Positions 52,359 to 62,482 are shown, counted from the stretch's first letter. The stretch is 64,000 nucleotides of DNA from Cyanobium sp. NIES-981 (GCA_945877595.1 CAMDVN010000001.1:21685-85684), one strand, 5' to 3'. Notes: a model not told the origin generated them from the sequence alone. Translations and numbers: made by a program.

Positions 52359-55088
52359 TCAGGGCACCAAGTTAACCAGCTTGCCCGGCACCACAATCAC
52401 CCGGCTTGGTGCTTGGCCTGCCAACCACTTGGCGGCAACATCGCTGGCCAGGGCGAGCTGCTCGAGGGTGGCCTTGTCGGCATCAGCCGGAACCGTGAGG
52501 CTGCCGCGCACCTTTCCTTTCACCTGAATCACCAGCTCGATCGTGTCGCGTAGGAGGGCGCTCGGATCGGCTTGGGGCCAGGACTGCTGGTGCACGCTGC
52601 CACTGCCGCCGAGTTGGTGCCAGAGGTCTTCGGCCAGATGGGGCGCAAAGGGAGCTAGCAGCAGCAGCAGGGTGCCCAAGGCTTCGACGGCCGTGGTGTC
52701 TTGGGCCGCTGCGAGATGCTCGGCCATGGCGTTGCTGAGCTTCATCAGCTCAGAGACCGCGGTATTGAATTGATAATCGCCGCTGAGGTCATCGCTAATC
52801 GCGCCAATCGCCGTATGGACGGCGCGGCGCAATTCGCGGTCGGCGGCAGAGGGCTCTGCAAACAACACCGTGGGTTCTGATGCGGACATCGCACCGTCTG
52901 GCAGCGTGAAATCCGCGACCGAGAGACCGCGCTGGCGGGCCCCTTCCACCAGGCGCCAGAGGCGTTGCAAAAAGCGGAACTGACCCTCGACATCAGCGTC
53001 ATCCCATTCGAGATCCTTCTCGGGAGGTGCTTTGAATAAAATGAACATGCGGGCCGTATCGGCACCGAAGCGATCGATCACGCTGGCTGGATCCACGCCG
53101 TTGTATTTCGACTTCGACATTTTTTCGTAGAACATCTCAAGCACCTCACCGCTGTAGGGATCTCTTGGATCATTCGGATCGGCGACATCAGCTGGAGCGA
53201 TGTAATGACCAGTGGTTGGATTCTTGTAGGTGATTGCTTGAACCATGCCCTGGGTGAGCAAACGGGTGAAGGGTTCGTCAAAACCCAGCAGTCCTCGATC
53301 ACGCAGCACCTTGGTGAAGAAGCGCGAATAGAGCAGATGCAAGATGGCATGTTCAATGCCGCCCACATACTGATCGACCGGCAGCCAACGATCGACCTGC
53401 TCGCGACTGAAGGGCAGTGTCGTATTGGCGGCGTCGCTATAGCGCAGGTAATACCAACTGGAGCACATGAAGGTGTCCATGGTGTCGGTTTCGCGCCGGG
53501 CGCTTTGACCGCAGCAGGGGCACGGCACATTGACCCAGCTCTCGAGCTGGGCCAAGGGTGACCCTCCCTTACCCGCCAAGGCCAGGCCGGTGGGGAGTTC
53601 AACCGGCAGCTGCTCCTGGGGGACGGGTACCACTCCGCAGCTTTGGCAGTGGATCACCGGGATTGGACAGCCCCAGTAGCGCTGCCTTGAGATCAACCAG
53701 TCGCGGAGGCGGTACTGCACCCGCGACCGGCCCCAGCCCTGCTGCTCGGCCCAAGCCGTGATTTGATCCCGGGCTTCGACGTTGGTCAGACCGTCAAAGT
53801 GTCCCGAGTGGATCATCACCCCGGCCTCGAGCCAGGGACTGCCCTCGAAGGCGTGTTCATCGCTGCCTTCTGGAACGATCACCTGCCGCACCGGCAGCAT
53901 GTACTGCCGCGCAAAAATGAAATCGCGCTGGTCGTGAGCCGGTACCCCCATGACCGCTCCGGTGCCGTAGTCGGCCAAGACGTAGTCGGCGATCCAGATG
54001 GGAAGGATGTCGCCATTGGCTGGGTTGCGCACCCAGGCACCGATTGGCACCCCGAGCTTCGGTTTGTCTTCGGCCGTGCGCTCCTGCTCACTCTGCCGAC
54101 TGACCAGATCACAAAAGGCCTCCACAGAGAGCTGGTGCTCCTCGGTGGTGAGCCGGGGCACCAGGGACTGTTCCGGTGCCAGCACCACATAGGTGGCGCC
54201 GAAGATCGTGTCGGGTCGTGTGGTGAAGACGGTGATCTCGGTGCCGGTGGGGTTCCCCGTGCCATCGACGACTGGGAAGGTGAGCTCAGCTCCGGTGGAG
54301 CGGCCGATCCAGTTGGCCTGCATCGTGCGCACGCGCTCCGGCCAGCCGTCGAGCTTGCTGAGGTCGTCGAGCAGCGGGTCGGCATAGGCCGTGATCTTGA
54401 GGAACCACTGGCGCAACTTCCGCTTTTCGACCAGGGCACCGGAGCGCCACGAGCGTCCAGCGCCATCAACCTGCTCATTGGCGAGCACGGTCTGGTCGAT
54501 CGGGTCCCAATTGACCGTGGCATCTTTTTGGTATGCCAGATCAGCTTCGAGAAACTGAAGAAACAGCCATTGGGTCCAGCGGTAGTAGTCGCTGTGACAG
54601 GTGGTGACCTCCCGGTCCCAGTCAATCGATAAACCCAGCCGCTGCAGCTGCAGGCGCATGCTGGCGATGTTCTGGTCAGTCCAGTCGGCCGGGTCAACGC
54701 CCCGTTCGATTGCGGCGTTCTCGGCCGGCAGGCCAAAGGCATCCCAGCCCATTGGTTGCAGTACCTCGTAGCCGCGCATGCGCGCATGGCGAGCGATGAC
54801 GTCGGTGATCACGTAATTGCGCACATGGCCCATGTGAAGGTTCCCGGAGGGGTACGGGAACATCGAGAGGGCATAGAAGGTTGGCTTGCCCTCCAGCGGC
54901 TCACCCTCGCTGGCGAGGTGTTCCGGTAGCCGGTGCTGCTGCTCAGCCCACTGCTGCTGCTCAGCCCACTGCCGCTGCCAGCGCTCCTCCAGCTCCTGGG
55001 GCTGATAACGCGAGGGGCCACTCTGCGGATCACTCACCAGAACTTGGGCAGCACGAAGCCACCGTGGGCACAACGTTGATGGTGCCAC
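52359..55088 (-). CDS. leuS: Leucine--tRNA ligase
   Basis: 909 aa. HMGH (HIGH) motif ..[15 protein letters not shown].. and KMSKS present. The start may be GTG 55037. Confidence 0.95.
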   Translation of the reverse strand: MAPSTLCPRWLRAAQVLVSDPQSGPSRYQPQELEERWQRQWAEQQQWAEQQHRLPEHLASEGEPLEGKPTFYALSMFPYPSGNLHMGHVRNYVITDVIARHARMRGYEVLQPMGWDAFGLPAENAAIERGVDPADWTDQNIASMRLQLQRLGLSIDWDREVTTCHSDYYRWTQWLFLQFLEADLAYQKDATVNWDPIDQTVLANEQVDGAGRSWRSGALVEKRKLRQWFLKITAYADPLLDDLSKLDGWPERVRTMQANWIGRSTGAELTFPVVDGTGNPTGTEITVFTTRPDTIFGATYVVLAPEQSLVPRLTTEEHQLSVEAFCDLVSRQSEQERTAEDKPKLGVPIGAWVRNPANGDILPIWIADYVLADYGTGAVMGVPAHDQRDFIFARQYMLPVRQVIVPEGSDEHAFEGSPWLEAGVMIHSGHFDGLTNVEARDQITAWAEQQGWGRSRVQYRLRDWLISRQRYWGCPIPVIHCQSCGVVPVPQEQLPVELPTGLALAGKGGSPLAQLESWVNVPCPCCGQSARRETDTMDTFMCSSWYYLRYSDAANTTLPFSREQVDRWLPVDQYVGGIEHAILHLLYSRFFTKVLRDRGLLGFDEPFTRLLTQGMVQAITYKNPTTGHYIAPADVADPNDPRDPYSGEVLEMFYEKMSKSKYNGVDPASVIDRFGADTARMFILFKAPPEKDLEWDDADVEGQFRFLQRLWRLVEGARQRGLSVADFTLPDGAMSASEPTVLFAEPSAADRELRRAVHTAIGAISDDLSGDYQFNTAVSELMKLSNAMAEHLAAAQDTTAVEALGTLLLLLAPFAPHLAEDLWHQLGGSGSVHQQSWPQADPSALLRDTIELVIQVKGKVRGSLTVPADADKATLEQLALASDVAAKWLAGQAPSRVIVVPGKLVNLVP

Positions 55089-55115
55089 AGGAGCGTTCGC
55101 TGGTCTGGGCAGTGG

Positions 55116-55202
55116 CCAGATCAGACCAGTGCTCGGATCAGACCAATGCCCGGATCAGATCCAGTGCCCGGATCAGACCAAGGCTCGGATCAGTGCGATC
55201 GC
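55116..55202. repeat. Five tandem 17-18-nt units CGGATCAGACCA(A/G)(T/G)GC(C/T)-like spanning the hfq 3' end and the hfq-leuS spacer
   Basis: Unit starts at 55116, 55134, 55151, 55169 and 55186. The last 1.5 units encode the Hfq C-terminus ..IALIRALV. Confidence 0.9.
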
Positions 55203-55415
55203 GTCGCGATTGATCAAGGTGAGGGGGAGATCCTGACCACTACAGAGCGCCAGGTACTGGAGGTCTTGCCATCGCAGCGTGCCCTCAAGTTCGGTGCCGC
55301 TGATCAGCTGCAAACGAACCGGCGTGCTGTGACGGATCAGCTCCTGGATGTGACGCACCCCTGGCTGACAGGTGTCAAGGGTTGGGGTACGCCGGTCAAA
55401 GAACGAACTGTTCAT
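55173..55415 (-). CDS. hfq: Cyanobacterial Hfq-like (Sm-fold) protein
   Basis: 80 aa. ..VRHIQELIRHSTPVRLQLISGTELEGTLRWQDLQYLAL.. parallels the cyanobacterial Hfq pattern (..IRQ.Q.LI....PVE..L..G....G...WQD...). Confidence 0.7.
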   Translation of the reverse strand: MNSSFFDRRTPTLDTCQPGVRHIQELIRHSTPVRLQLISGTELEGTLRWQDLQYLALCSGQDLPLTLINRDAIALIRALV

Positions 55416-55449
55416 AGGATCCTGTTGCCAGGCTTAGCGGCGCAGCACC

Positions 55450-56673
55450 GTGCTCCATTTCAGCAAGTATCAAGGCTTGGGCAACGACTTCTTGATGCTC
55501 GATGCCCGCTTGGCCCAGCCAGGCGATCCTGTCCTTGGGCTCACACCCGAGCGCATCCGGCTGCTCTGTGACCGGCGATTCGGAGTGGGCGGTGACGGCG
55601 TGATCCTTGCCCTGCCGCCCCAAGGCGATGGGGAGCTGCGCATGCGCATCTTCAATGCCGATGGCAGTGAGCCCGAGATGTGTGGCAACGGCATCCGCTG
55701 CTTGGCCCGCTTTCTGGCCGACAGCGATGGGGATTCACCCGGTCGCCAGTGGCAGATCGAAACCCTGGCCGGTCGGATCGTGCCTGAGTTGCAGCTCGAC
55801 GGCACAATTCGGGTCAACATGGGCGCCCCCTTCCTCGAGCCCGCAGCCGTGCCCACAAGCCTGGAGGTTGGCCCCGCCGGCATCCCCCAGGGCAGCCTGA
55901 GCGTGCTTGGTCAAAGTTTTGTGGTGGGGGCTGCAGGGATGGGTAACCCGCACGTGGTGATTCCGGTGGCCGATGTAGCGGCTGTGGATTTGGAGCGTTT
56001 TGGCGCCGCCCTTGAGGTTCATCCGGCGTTTCCGGCCAAAACCAACGTGCATTTTGTCGAAGTGCTGGAGCCGGCCCACCTGGTGATGCGGGTCTGGGAG
56101 CGGGGGGCGGGCCCCACCCTGGCCTGTGGCACCGGGGCTTGCGCCACGCTGGTGGTGTGCCACAGCCTGGGGCTCTGCGGACCAAAGGCGAGGATTGACC
56201 TGCCCGGCGGTCCCCTCACCATCGCCTGGGAGGGGGGCGCGGCTCCGGTTTGGATGACCGGCCCGGCCGAGGCGGTCTTTGATGGCTTGGTGACGCCCCA
56301 GCTCTGGGGAGACAACCCCCTCAACACCATCCCTGCCGCTGCTAGCCCCCTCGCGGCTGGAGAGGCTTCAAGAGACTGGGCAGCGGAGGACATCCTTGCC
56401 GCCGAGATCCCTGGGGCGCAAGACTCAACAAAGCCGGCCTCAACAACGCAAGTTTCAACAACGCTGGTCAATCCAGCCCAGGTCACTTCAGCCTCGATCG
56501 ACTGCGCCACGGTCTGCGTCAACGGCTGTATTCAGCCCGAGAACTGTCCGAGTGCCGAAGCCCGGGCTCGCACGTTGGCTCTGCTGGCCAGCAATTCCCT
56601 CGACGATCTGGTGGCGATGGCCACCGACTCCCTGGAGGCGCGCACCCGCGCTCGCTTCGAGCGTGAGGTCTGA
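55450..56673 (+). CDS. dapF: Diaminopimelate epimerase with non-canonical, roughly 120-aa C-terminal extension
   Basis: MLHFSKYQGLGNDFLMLD... Catalytic Cys motifs MCGNGIRC and ACGTGACA. The canonical end is near ..TGPAEAVFDGLV (about aa 281). The ORF continues to aa 407. Confidence 0.9.
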   Translation: MLHFSKYQGLGNDFLMLDARLAQPGDPVLGLTPERIRLLCDRRFGVGGDGVILALPPQGDGELRMRIFNADGSEPEMCGNGIRCLARFLADSDGDSPGRQWQIETLAGRIVPELQLDGTIRVNMGAPFLEPAAVPTSLEVGPAGIPQGSLSVLGQSFVVGAAGMGNPHVVIPVADVAAVDLERFGAALEVHPAFPAKTNVHFVEVLEPAHLVMRVWERGAGPTLACGTGACATLVVCHSLGLCGPKARIDLPGGPLTIAWEGGAAPVWMTGPAEAVFDGLVTPQLWGDNPLNTIPAAASPLAAGEASRDWAAEDILAAEIPGAQDSTKPASTTQVSTTLVNPAQVTSASIDCATVCVNGCIQPENCPSAEARARTLALLASNSLDDLVAMATDSLEARTRARFEREV

Positions 56674-57853
56674 CTCCCCGCTCTATCTCGACGCCGCGGC
56701 CACGACCCCCCTCGGTGAGGCGGCCCGCTCTGCGATGGCCGATGCCGAGCGTCATGCCTGGGCCAATCCCTCCAGCCTGCATGGCTTTGGCCTTGCGGCT
56801 GCAGAATCCCTGGAGCGTTCCAGAGCCCGGCTGGCAACGGCCCTCGGCACCCATGCGGAGGCCGTGCGCTTCTGTTCTGGCGCCACCGAGTCGATCCATC
56901 TGGCGCTGCTGGGGACAGCCAGCCGAATGCCGCCGTCACGGCTGCTGATTTCTGCCGTGGAGCACCCGGCGGTGCTGGCGGCGGCCGCCCAGCTGGCTGC
57001 CCGGGGCTGGCAGGTGGTGACCTTGCCCGTGGATTCCACGGGGGTGGTGAGTCTGAGGGCCCTGGAGGCCCTGTTGGAGCCACCGACGCGCCTGGTGTCG
57101 GTGATTTGGGGTCAAAGTGAAGTGGGCACCGTGCAACCACTGGAGGCGATCGGCCTGCGCTGCCGCCAGGCCGGGGTGGTGTTCCACACCGACGCCGTCC
57201 AGGTGGCCCCCCATCTCCCGATCGACTTTGAGGCCCTGCCGGTCGATTTGCTTAGCCTCACCGCCCACAAGCTGGAGGGGCCCCGCGGGGTGGGGGCCCT
57301 GCTGCTGAAATCGTCGGTGGGCCTAGCAGCCCTGCAGGGGGGTGGCGGCCAGGAGCGGGGCCTGCGGGCCGGCACTGAGCCGGTGGTGCTGGCGGCTGGC
57401 TTTGCAGCTGCTCTTGAAGGCGCGGTGGCGCGTCAGCACAGTGATCAGCGCAGTGCTCAGCGCAGCGGTCATCACTCCAGCGTGCAACAGCAGCGTGACG
57501 CGCTGTTGGGGGCCCTGCTCGATCTGCCGGGAGTGCAGCTCAGCGGCCCCCACCCCCAGCACCAACCCCGGCTGCCGCATCACATCAGCCTCTGGCTCAG
57601 CGGCAGCGGTGGCCGCCCCCTAGATGGACGCCAGTTGGTGAGGGCCCTCTGGCAGGAGGGGGTGGCGTGTAGCAGTGGGTCGGCCTGCCGCAGCGGCGCC
57701 GCAGGCCATGCCTCGAGCCCCGTGTTGGTGGCCCTGGGGCTCAGCGCCGCCGAGGCGGCGGCAGGGGTGCGATTCACCCTGGGGCCCTGGCTCAGTGCTT
57801 CAGATCTTGAGCGGGTGCCGGCGGCCCTGCAACGGGCCATGGAGGCCTGTTGA
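56663..57853 (+). CDS. Cysteine desulfurase (class V aminotransferase, NifS/IscS-like)
   Basis: In-frame GTG 56663 within ORF 56396..57853 gives VRSDSPLYLDAAATTP... PLP-lysine ..SLTAHKLEGPRG... Active Cys ..SSGSACRSG... The start overlaps the dapF stop. Confidence 0.88.
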   Translation: MRSDSPLYLDAAATTPLGEAARSAMADAERHAWANPSSLHGFGLAAAESLERSRARLATALGTHAEAVRFCSGATESIHLALLGTASRMPPSRLLISAVEHPAVLAAAAQLAARGWQVVTLPVDSTGVVSLRALEALLEPPTRLVSVIWGQSEVGTVQPLEAIGLRCRQAGVVFHTDAVQVAPHLPIDFEALPVDLLSLTAHKLEGPRGVGALLLKSSVGLAALQGGGGQERGLRAGTEPVVLAAGFAAALEGAVARQHSDQRSAQRSGHHSSVQQQRDALLGALLDLPGVQLSGPHPQHQPRLPHHISLWLSGSGGRPLDGRQLVRALWQEGVACSSGSACRSGAAGHASSPVLVALGLSAAEAAAGVRFTLGPWLSASDLERVPAALQRAMEAC

Positions 57854-57905
57854 TGGGTTGAGGCGTGCTGCTTAGGGTCGAGCTCAATCTTCGAACGCCG
57901 CGGGC

Positions 57906-58595
57906 ATGCTTCCAACTGATCTGCTCTCAGCTGAGGCCCAGGCCCTGGAAGCTGTGGCCGCAGCCCTGGCGGCGGATGCTGCCGGGCGCTGGAGCGTTGA
58001 GTGGCGTTTCGAGGGGCTGCGGGTGCTGGCACCCTCCCTGCGCCTGTTGGCGTCGCTGCTGGAGCAGAACCACAGCGTGATGCTGGTGTTTAGCGATGCT
58101 GGCGGTGCGGCCCTGGCCCGCCGCGATGCCCCCGATCTGGCCGACTCCATCGCCGACTTTCGTGCCCTGCAGCAGCGTCAACAACAGGGCCCCAGCGAAG
58201 GGGTGCTGCTGGTGGTGGCCCCCAGCCAGGCCGACTACGACGCCTTTGAGGCCCTCTGCCAGGGGCACCGCGGGGCTGTGTTGATGCTCAACGGCAGCCT
58301 CGAGGATGCGGCCGTGGGAATCGGCAGTGTGGCCCGGCAGCGGCGCAAGGGATTCCTGGCGCTGTGGCAAGCGGCCTACGCCCTGATTCCCCTTGAGGGC
58401 AGCGCCCTGCGGCGGGCCTTTCCCGCCGCCTGGGAGCTCTACCGCCAGGATCCCGACGGCTATCGCCTCGCGGCCAGTTTTGAGCTCAGGCCCGATGCTG
58501 AAACCCAGGCTGAAGCACTGGGAAACACTGTTGGTGCCGGGGTCGGAGGCACCCTGCGGGCGGTCGATTCGCTGTTGGAAGGGCTGCGCAACTGA
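57906..58595 (+). CDS. DUF1995-like protein
   Basis: 229 aa, MLPTDLLSAEAQALEAV... A conserved cyanobacterial/plastid-type hypothetical. Family name is from memory. Confidence 0.6.
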   Translation: MLPTDLLSAEAQALEAVAAALAADAAGRWSVEWRFEGLRVLAPSLRLLASLLEQNHSVMLVFSDAGGAALARRDAPDLADSIADFRALQQRQQQGPSEGVLLVVAPSQADYDAFEALCQGHRGAVLMLNGSLEDAAVGIGSVARQRRKGFLALWQAAYALIPLEGSALRRAFPAAWELYRQDPDGYRLAASFELRPDAETQAEALGNTVGAGVGGTLRAVDSLLEGLRN

Positions 58596-58667
58596 GCGGG
58601 CCAGGGCTGGCTTGGGCGGGCCGACGTCCGTACAGTGCCGCCGAGAGCCCCATGGGAGACCTTTTCG

Positions 58668-59201
58668 ATGCCGCCAGATCCCACGACTGCCAGTGCGTCA
58701 CGCTCCTGGAGCCTGATCGATCTGGGCGCTGCAGCCGCGATCGGACTGGCGGCGGTCGGTGTGATTTGGAGCCCGAAACTCAGCACGGCGGTGGCCCAGG
58801 CCACGGGCGCGCTCCAACCGGTCACGGTTTTGGTTGATGTGCGGGGGGTGCCAGCAGCCAATCCAGCGGCGCTGCTGGCTGGCGCGGCTCGTGCGGGCAA
58901 GGTAGCGATCGTGATTCGCAACCAGCCCCATGGCAGCGTGGCCCTGAAGCGGGTCATCACGCTGCCACGCCGCCTGACGGCCCTGCAGCCCGATGGGCGG
59001 GTTGTGACTGCAGCTGACCCCAATCAGGCCGTTTTCAGCACGATTGATGCGCGCTTCGTGCTCGAGGGCCAGGGCCGCAAGAGCGGTGGTGGGGTGGTCT
59101 TCGGCAACCAAAATCTCAAGATCGGTGCCCCGGTGGAATTGGAGGGCGAGACCTTCCGGGTTCTGGGCGTGGTCACGGGCCTGCAGCTGGGCGGGGCCTG
59201 A
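58668..59201 (+). CDS. DUF4330-like membrane-anchored protein
   Basis: ATG 58668. ..WSLIDLGAAAAIGLAAVGVIWSP.. anchor. Family name is from memory. Confidence 0.6.
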   Translation: MPPDPTTASASRSWSLIDLGAAAAIGLAAVGVIWSPKLSTAVAQATGALQPVTVLVDVRGVPAANPAALLAGAARAGKVAIVIRNQPHGSVALKRVITLPRRLTALQPDGRVVTAADPNQAVFSTIDARFVLEGQGRKSGGGVVFGNQNLKIGAPVELEGETFRVLGVVTGLQLGGA

Positions 59202-59205
59202 ACCC

Positions 59206-60489
59206 ATGGCCAGGCGCCAGCTCATGCTTGCTCCACTGCTGCTCATTGGTCTGGCTGCACCGTCGATGGCGCTGCCCTTGGGGCAACCGGGAGCCGGGCC
59301 GAGTTCAGCACCGCTGGCTTTCCTGCCGCCGGCACCACCACCCCTGGGGCTCCCCCAGCTTCAAGATCAGGTGAGCTGTCCTGCCCTGCAGCGGCGCTTG
59401 CAGGCCGTGGTTGGTGCTGAGGCCTCGGTGTGGAGCATCAGCGTGGCCGACCCCGCCGGCCGTCTGCTGGCCGACGTCAATGGGCTCAGGCCACGGATCC
59501 CGGCCTCCAACCAGAAGTTGATCAGCACGGCCTACGCCCTTGATCGCCTCGGCCCTGACTACCACCTGCGAGCCCAGCTGTGGCGCCTCGTCGACGGCAC
59601 CTTTCGCCTGACCGGTGAGGGGGACCCTGACCTGGCCTTGCCCCAGCTGCAGCGCATCACCAAGCTGGCCCTGGGGTCGGGCGGCGGCAGTGGCGCGCTC
59701 CCCAACTTGGTCAGGCTCCAGATCGCCGAAGAGCCCACCCAGGCCTGGTGGCCCGCCGGCTGGGATTCCAGCGATCGCTACTACGCCTATGGGGCGCCGA
59801 TTACGCGCCTGGCCGTCACCAGCAACGCGATCCACGAGGCGGTGATGAACCCGCCCCTGCGCCTGCAGAGCTTGCTCGAGCGCACCGCAGCCCAGCAGGG
59901 CGGCAAATTGAAAGTCTCATTGGTGTCGGCGCGGGCAGCCCTGCCCTCCGACGCCGTGCTGCTGCATGAGGAACCCTCAGCCTCGATGCACGACCTGTTG
60001 AGCCTGGCCAACACCGAAAGCCATAACTTCACAGCAGAAGTGCTGCTGCGACAAGCCGCCGGTAGTTGGGATCTCGATGAGGTGCGCCTCCGCGCCACCC
60101 TGTGGCTGGGCCAACAAGGCCTGCCGCTGCAGGGGCTGCGGCTGGCTGATGGCAGCGGTCTGGACCGCTCCAACCGGCTCACGAGTCGCCTGCTGGCAGC
60201 CTTGCTCCTGCGCATGGACCAGCACCCCTATGGCCGCGACTACCTCGCCTCGATGGCCGTGATGGGTCAACGGGGCACCCTGCGCGGTCTAGGCCAGGGC
60301 ACCCCGCTGGAGGGTCGGTTTTTCGGCAAAACCGGCACGATCAGCGGCGTGCGAGCCATCAGCGGGATGCTGCAGACCAGCGATGGCCCCCGTTATGTGA
60401 GCACGATCAGCAACGGAGCTAGCAATCCCAATCGCACCATTGCTGCCGTGCTGCGCCAGGCCCAAGTGCCTGGCCTCTGCGGGAGCTAG
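59206..60489 (+). CDS. dacB: D-alanyl-D-alanine carboxypeptidase/endopeptidase (PBP4)
   Basis: ATG 59206 with signal MARRQLMLAPLLLIGLAAPSMA. SxxK motif PASNQK. ..KTGT.. motif (FGKTGTISG). Confidence 0.85.
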   Translation: MARRQLMLAPLLLIGLAAPSMALPLGQPGAGPSSAPLAFLPPAPPPLGLPQLQDQVSCPALQRRLQAVVGAEASVWSISVADPAGRLLADVNGLRPRIPASNQKLISTAYALDRLGPDYHLRAQLWRLVDGTFRLTGEGDPDLALPQLQRITKLALGSGGGSGALPNLVRLQIAEEPTQAWWPAGWDSSDRYYAYGAPITRLAVTSNAIHEAVMNPPLRLQSLLERTAAQQGGKLKVSLVSARAALPSDAVLLHEEPSASMHDLLSLANTESHNFTAEVLLRQAAGSWDLDEVRLRATLWLGQQGLPLQGLRLADGSGLDRSNRLTSRLLAALLLRMDQHPYGRDYLASMAVMGQRGTLRGLGQGTPLEGRFFGKTGTISGVRAISGMLQTSDGPRYVSTISNGASNPNRTIAAVLRQAQVPGLCGS

Positions 60490-60496
60490 GCCCTCC

Positions 60497-60572
60497 AGCT
60501 GAGCGGGGCAGCTGAGTGGAATAGCTCAGTGGGCTTTCAGTGGGCTAGCTCAGTGGGCTAGCTCAACTGGCG
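60497..60572. repeat. About six degenerate 13-nt units AGCT(G/C)AGTGGGCT-like at the dacB / coiled-coil gene junction
   Basis: Units start at 60497, 60510, 60523, (60538), 60547 and 60560. The last overlaps the stop of the minus-strand gene (60563-60565). Confidence 0.8.
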
Positions 60573-61444
60573 ATTTGGCGCAGTTTGCCCGCCACCCGGC
60601 TGCGGCGGCTGCCACGACCTGGTGGGTCAGAGCCCTCGTCATTGCTGGGCTGGGGATTTTGAAGCCTCACCAGCTCGCGACGACCCCCCAGCACCACCTG
60701 GCTGAGGTCCCGCAGGCGACCTTCGAGCTCGCCCAGCACCTGCTCGGCGTAGCTATTGGCCCCTTCGGCAATCGTGGCGGCCTCCTGACGGCTGCGGGAG
60801 ACGAGGGCGTCGCACTGCTGCTGCGTCTGCTGACGAAACTGCAGGGCATCATTGTGAAGCCGCTCGGCCTCGGTTTGGCTGTCGCGCTGCACCCGCAGTC
60901 CTTCTTGGCGAATTTGCTCCAGTTCTGCCATCGCCTGTTGGCGGTTGCGGTCGTGTTGCTCAATCAACAGCCGCTGACGCTCGGCTGCTTCCAGCTCCAG
61001 TTGTTGGCGCCGGGCCGCAAATTGTTGCTCCATTTGCACGAGTCGGCCCTGGTGTTCCTGCTCGGCCTGGGCCACTTGTTGGCGAGCCTGCATCAGCAGG
61101 TGTTCGCACTGCTGGCGGGCCTGTTCCCGTAGTTCGGCCACCTGGCGCTCGGCCTCCTGGCGGATCGCGGCACTGTTGATCAGCTGCTCGCGCTCGCGGC
61201 GGGCCACGGCGACGATTTCCTCAGCCTGCTGCCGAGCCTTGGTGATGAAGTCTTCGCGTTGGGCGAGCAGATCCCGGGCCTGGCCCAGCTGAATCGGTAC
61301 CGCCTCGCGCAGGCCATCGATCACCTCGATGGCGTCATTTTCATTGACCAGCCGTCCGCCACTGAAGGGGATGCGGCTGCCGTCCAAGACAATCTCCTCG
61401 AGCTGATCGAGCTGATCCAGCACGGTGATCTGCACGTCGGCCAT
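60563..61444 (-). CDS. Coiled-coil protein (DivIVA-like N-terminus), hypothetical
   Basis: ATG 61444 (MADVQITVLDQLDQLEEIVLDGSRIPFSGGRLVNE..), followed by about 200 aa of Q/R/E-rich heptad-like sequence. Confidence 0.6.
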   Translation of the reverse strand: MADVQITVLDQLDQLEEIVLDGSRIPFSGGRLVNENDAIEVIDGLREAVPIQLGQARDLLAQREDFITKARQQAEEIVAVARREREQLINSAAIRQEAERQVAELREQARQQCEHLLMQARQQVAQAEQEHQGRLVQMEQQFAARRQQLELEAAERQRLLIEQHDRNRQQAMAELEQIRQEGLRVQRDSQTEAERLHNDALQFRQQTQQQCDALVSRSRQEAATIAEGANSYAEQVLGELEGRLRDLSQVVLGGRRELVRLQNPQPSNDEGSDPPGRGSRRSRVAGKLRQIAS

Positions 61445-61445
61445 T

Positions 61446-61937
61446 TCAGGGTTGTGGAGGTTCCCGATTAAAAAGCCTGGCCAGGTCTTCTGCCACTCCC
61501 GTGGGGACCATGTGACCAACGTTGCCGCCGAAGCGGGCCACCTCCTTGACCACCGAACTGCTTAAAAAGCTGTGGCGCGTGGCGGTGGCGAGAAACAGGG
61601 TCTCCACATCGGGGGCCAGGCTGTTGTTGGTGTGGGCGATCTGGAGTTCGAATTCGAAATCACTGAGGGCCCTCAGGCCCCGCAGGATCACCTCGGTCCC
61701 GCACTGCTGGGCGTAGCTCACCGTCAGACCGTCAAAACTGCCCACCTCCACGTGGCCGAGATGGGCCGTGGCCCTGCGGATTTGACCCAGGCGCTGGTCG
61801 AGCGCGAAGGCCGGCTGTTTGCTCGGGTTCTGCAACACAGCCACGACCACGCCGTCAAACAGGCGGGCCGCCCGCTCGATCAGGTCGAGATGGCCGAGGG
61901 TGAGGGGGTCGAAACTCCCTGGATAGAGGGCACGCAT
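61446..61937 (-). CDS. coaD: Phosphopantetheine adenylyltransferase
   Basis: [23 protein letters not shown]... Confidence 0.93.
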   Translation of the reverse strand: MRALYPGSFDPLTLGHLDLIERAARLFDGVVVAVLQNPSKQPAFALDQRLGQIRRATAHLGHVEVGSFDGLTVSYAQQCGTEVILRGLRALSDFEFELQIAHTNNSLAPDVETLFLATATRHSFLSSSVVKEVARFGGNVGHMVPTGVAEDLARLFNREPPQP

Positions 61938-61998
61938 CGGCCCAGCCTATGGCTCGCTTCCTAGAGTTCTTCCACTGCCCGCTGCATTGATCCCTGCC

Positions 61999-62481
61999 AT
62001 GGCCCTCAACGCCGACGCCAAGAAGACCCTGCTGCGCAAAATCCCCCACGGCGTGTTCATCTGTGGCGTGGCCGAGGGCGAGGAGGTCAACGGCTTCACG
62101 GCCAGCTGGGTCACCCAGGGCTCGTTTGAGCCGCCGCTGGTGGTGATGGCCGTGCGAGCCGATTCGACCAGCAACGGCATGATTCAGCGCACCAAACGCT
62201 TTGCGCTCAACATGCTCAAGGCCGATCAGAAGGATTTGGCAGCGGTCTTTTTCAAGCCCCAAAAGGGGGTTGGTGGCCGCTTTGATGCCGCCCCCTTCAC
62301 CCTTGGTGAACTGGGCCTTCCGATCCTCAACGATGCGATCGGTGCGGTGGAATGCGAGCTCGTGGGGCAGCTGGCCCTTGGCGACCACACGGTGTTTGTG
62401 GGAGAGGTGAAAACCGCCACCCTGCACGCCGATGGCCCCGCCCTTGAACTGGGCAGCACCGGCTGGAACTACGGCGGCTGA
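61999..62481 (+). CDS. Flavin reductase-like (FMN-binding split barrel) protein
   Basis: ATG 61999. ..[32 protein letters not shown].. flavin_reduct domain pattern. Confidence 0.8.
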   Translation: MALNADAKKTLLRKIPHGVFICGVAEGEEVNGFTASWVTQGSFEPPLVVMAVRADSTSNGMIQRTKRFALNMLKADQKDLAAVFFKPQKGVGGRFDAAPFTLGELGLPILNDAIGAVECELVGQLALGDHTVFVGEVKTATLHADGPALELGSTGWNYGG

Positions 62482-62482
62482 T

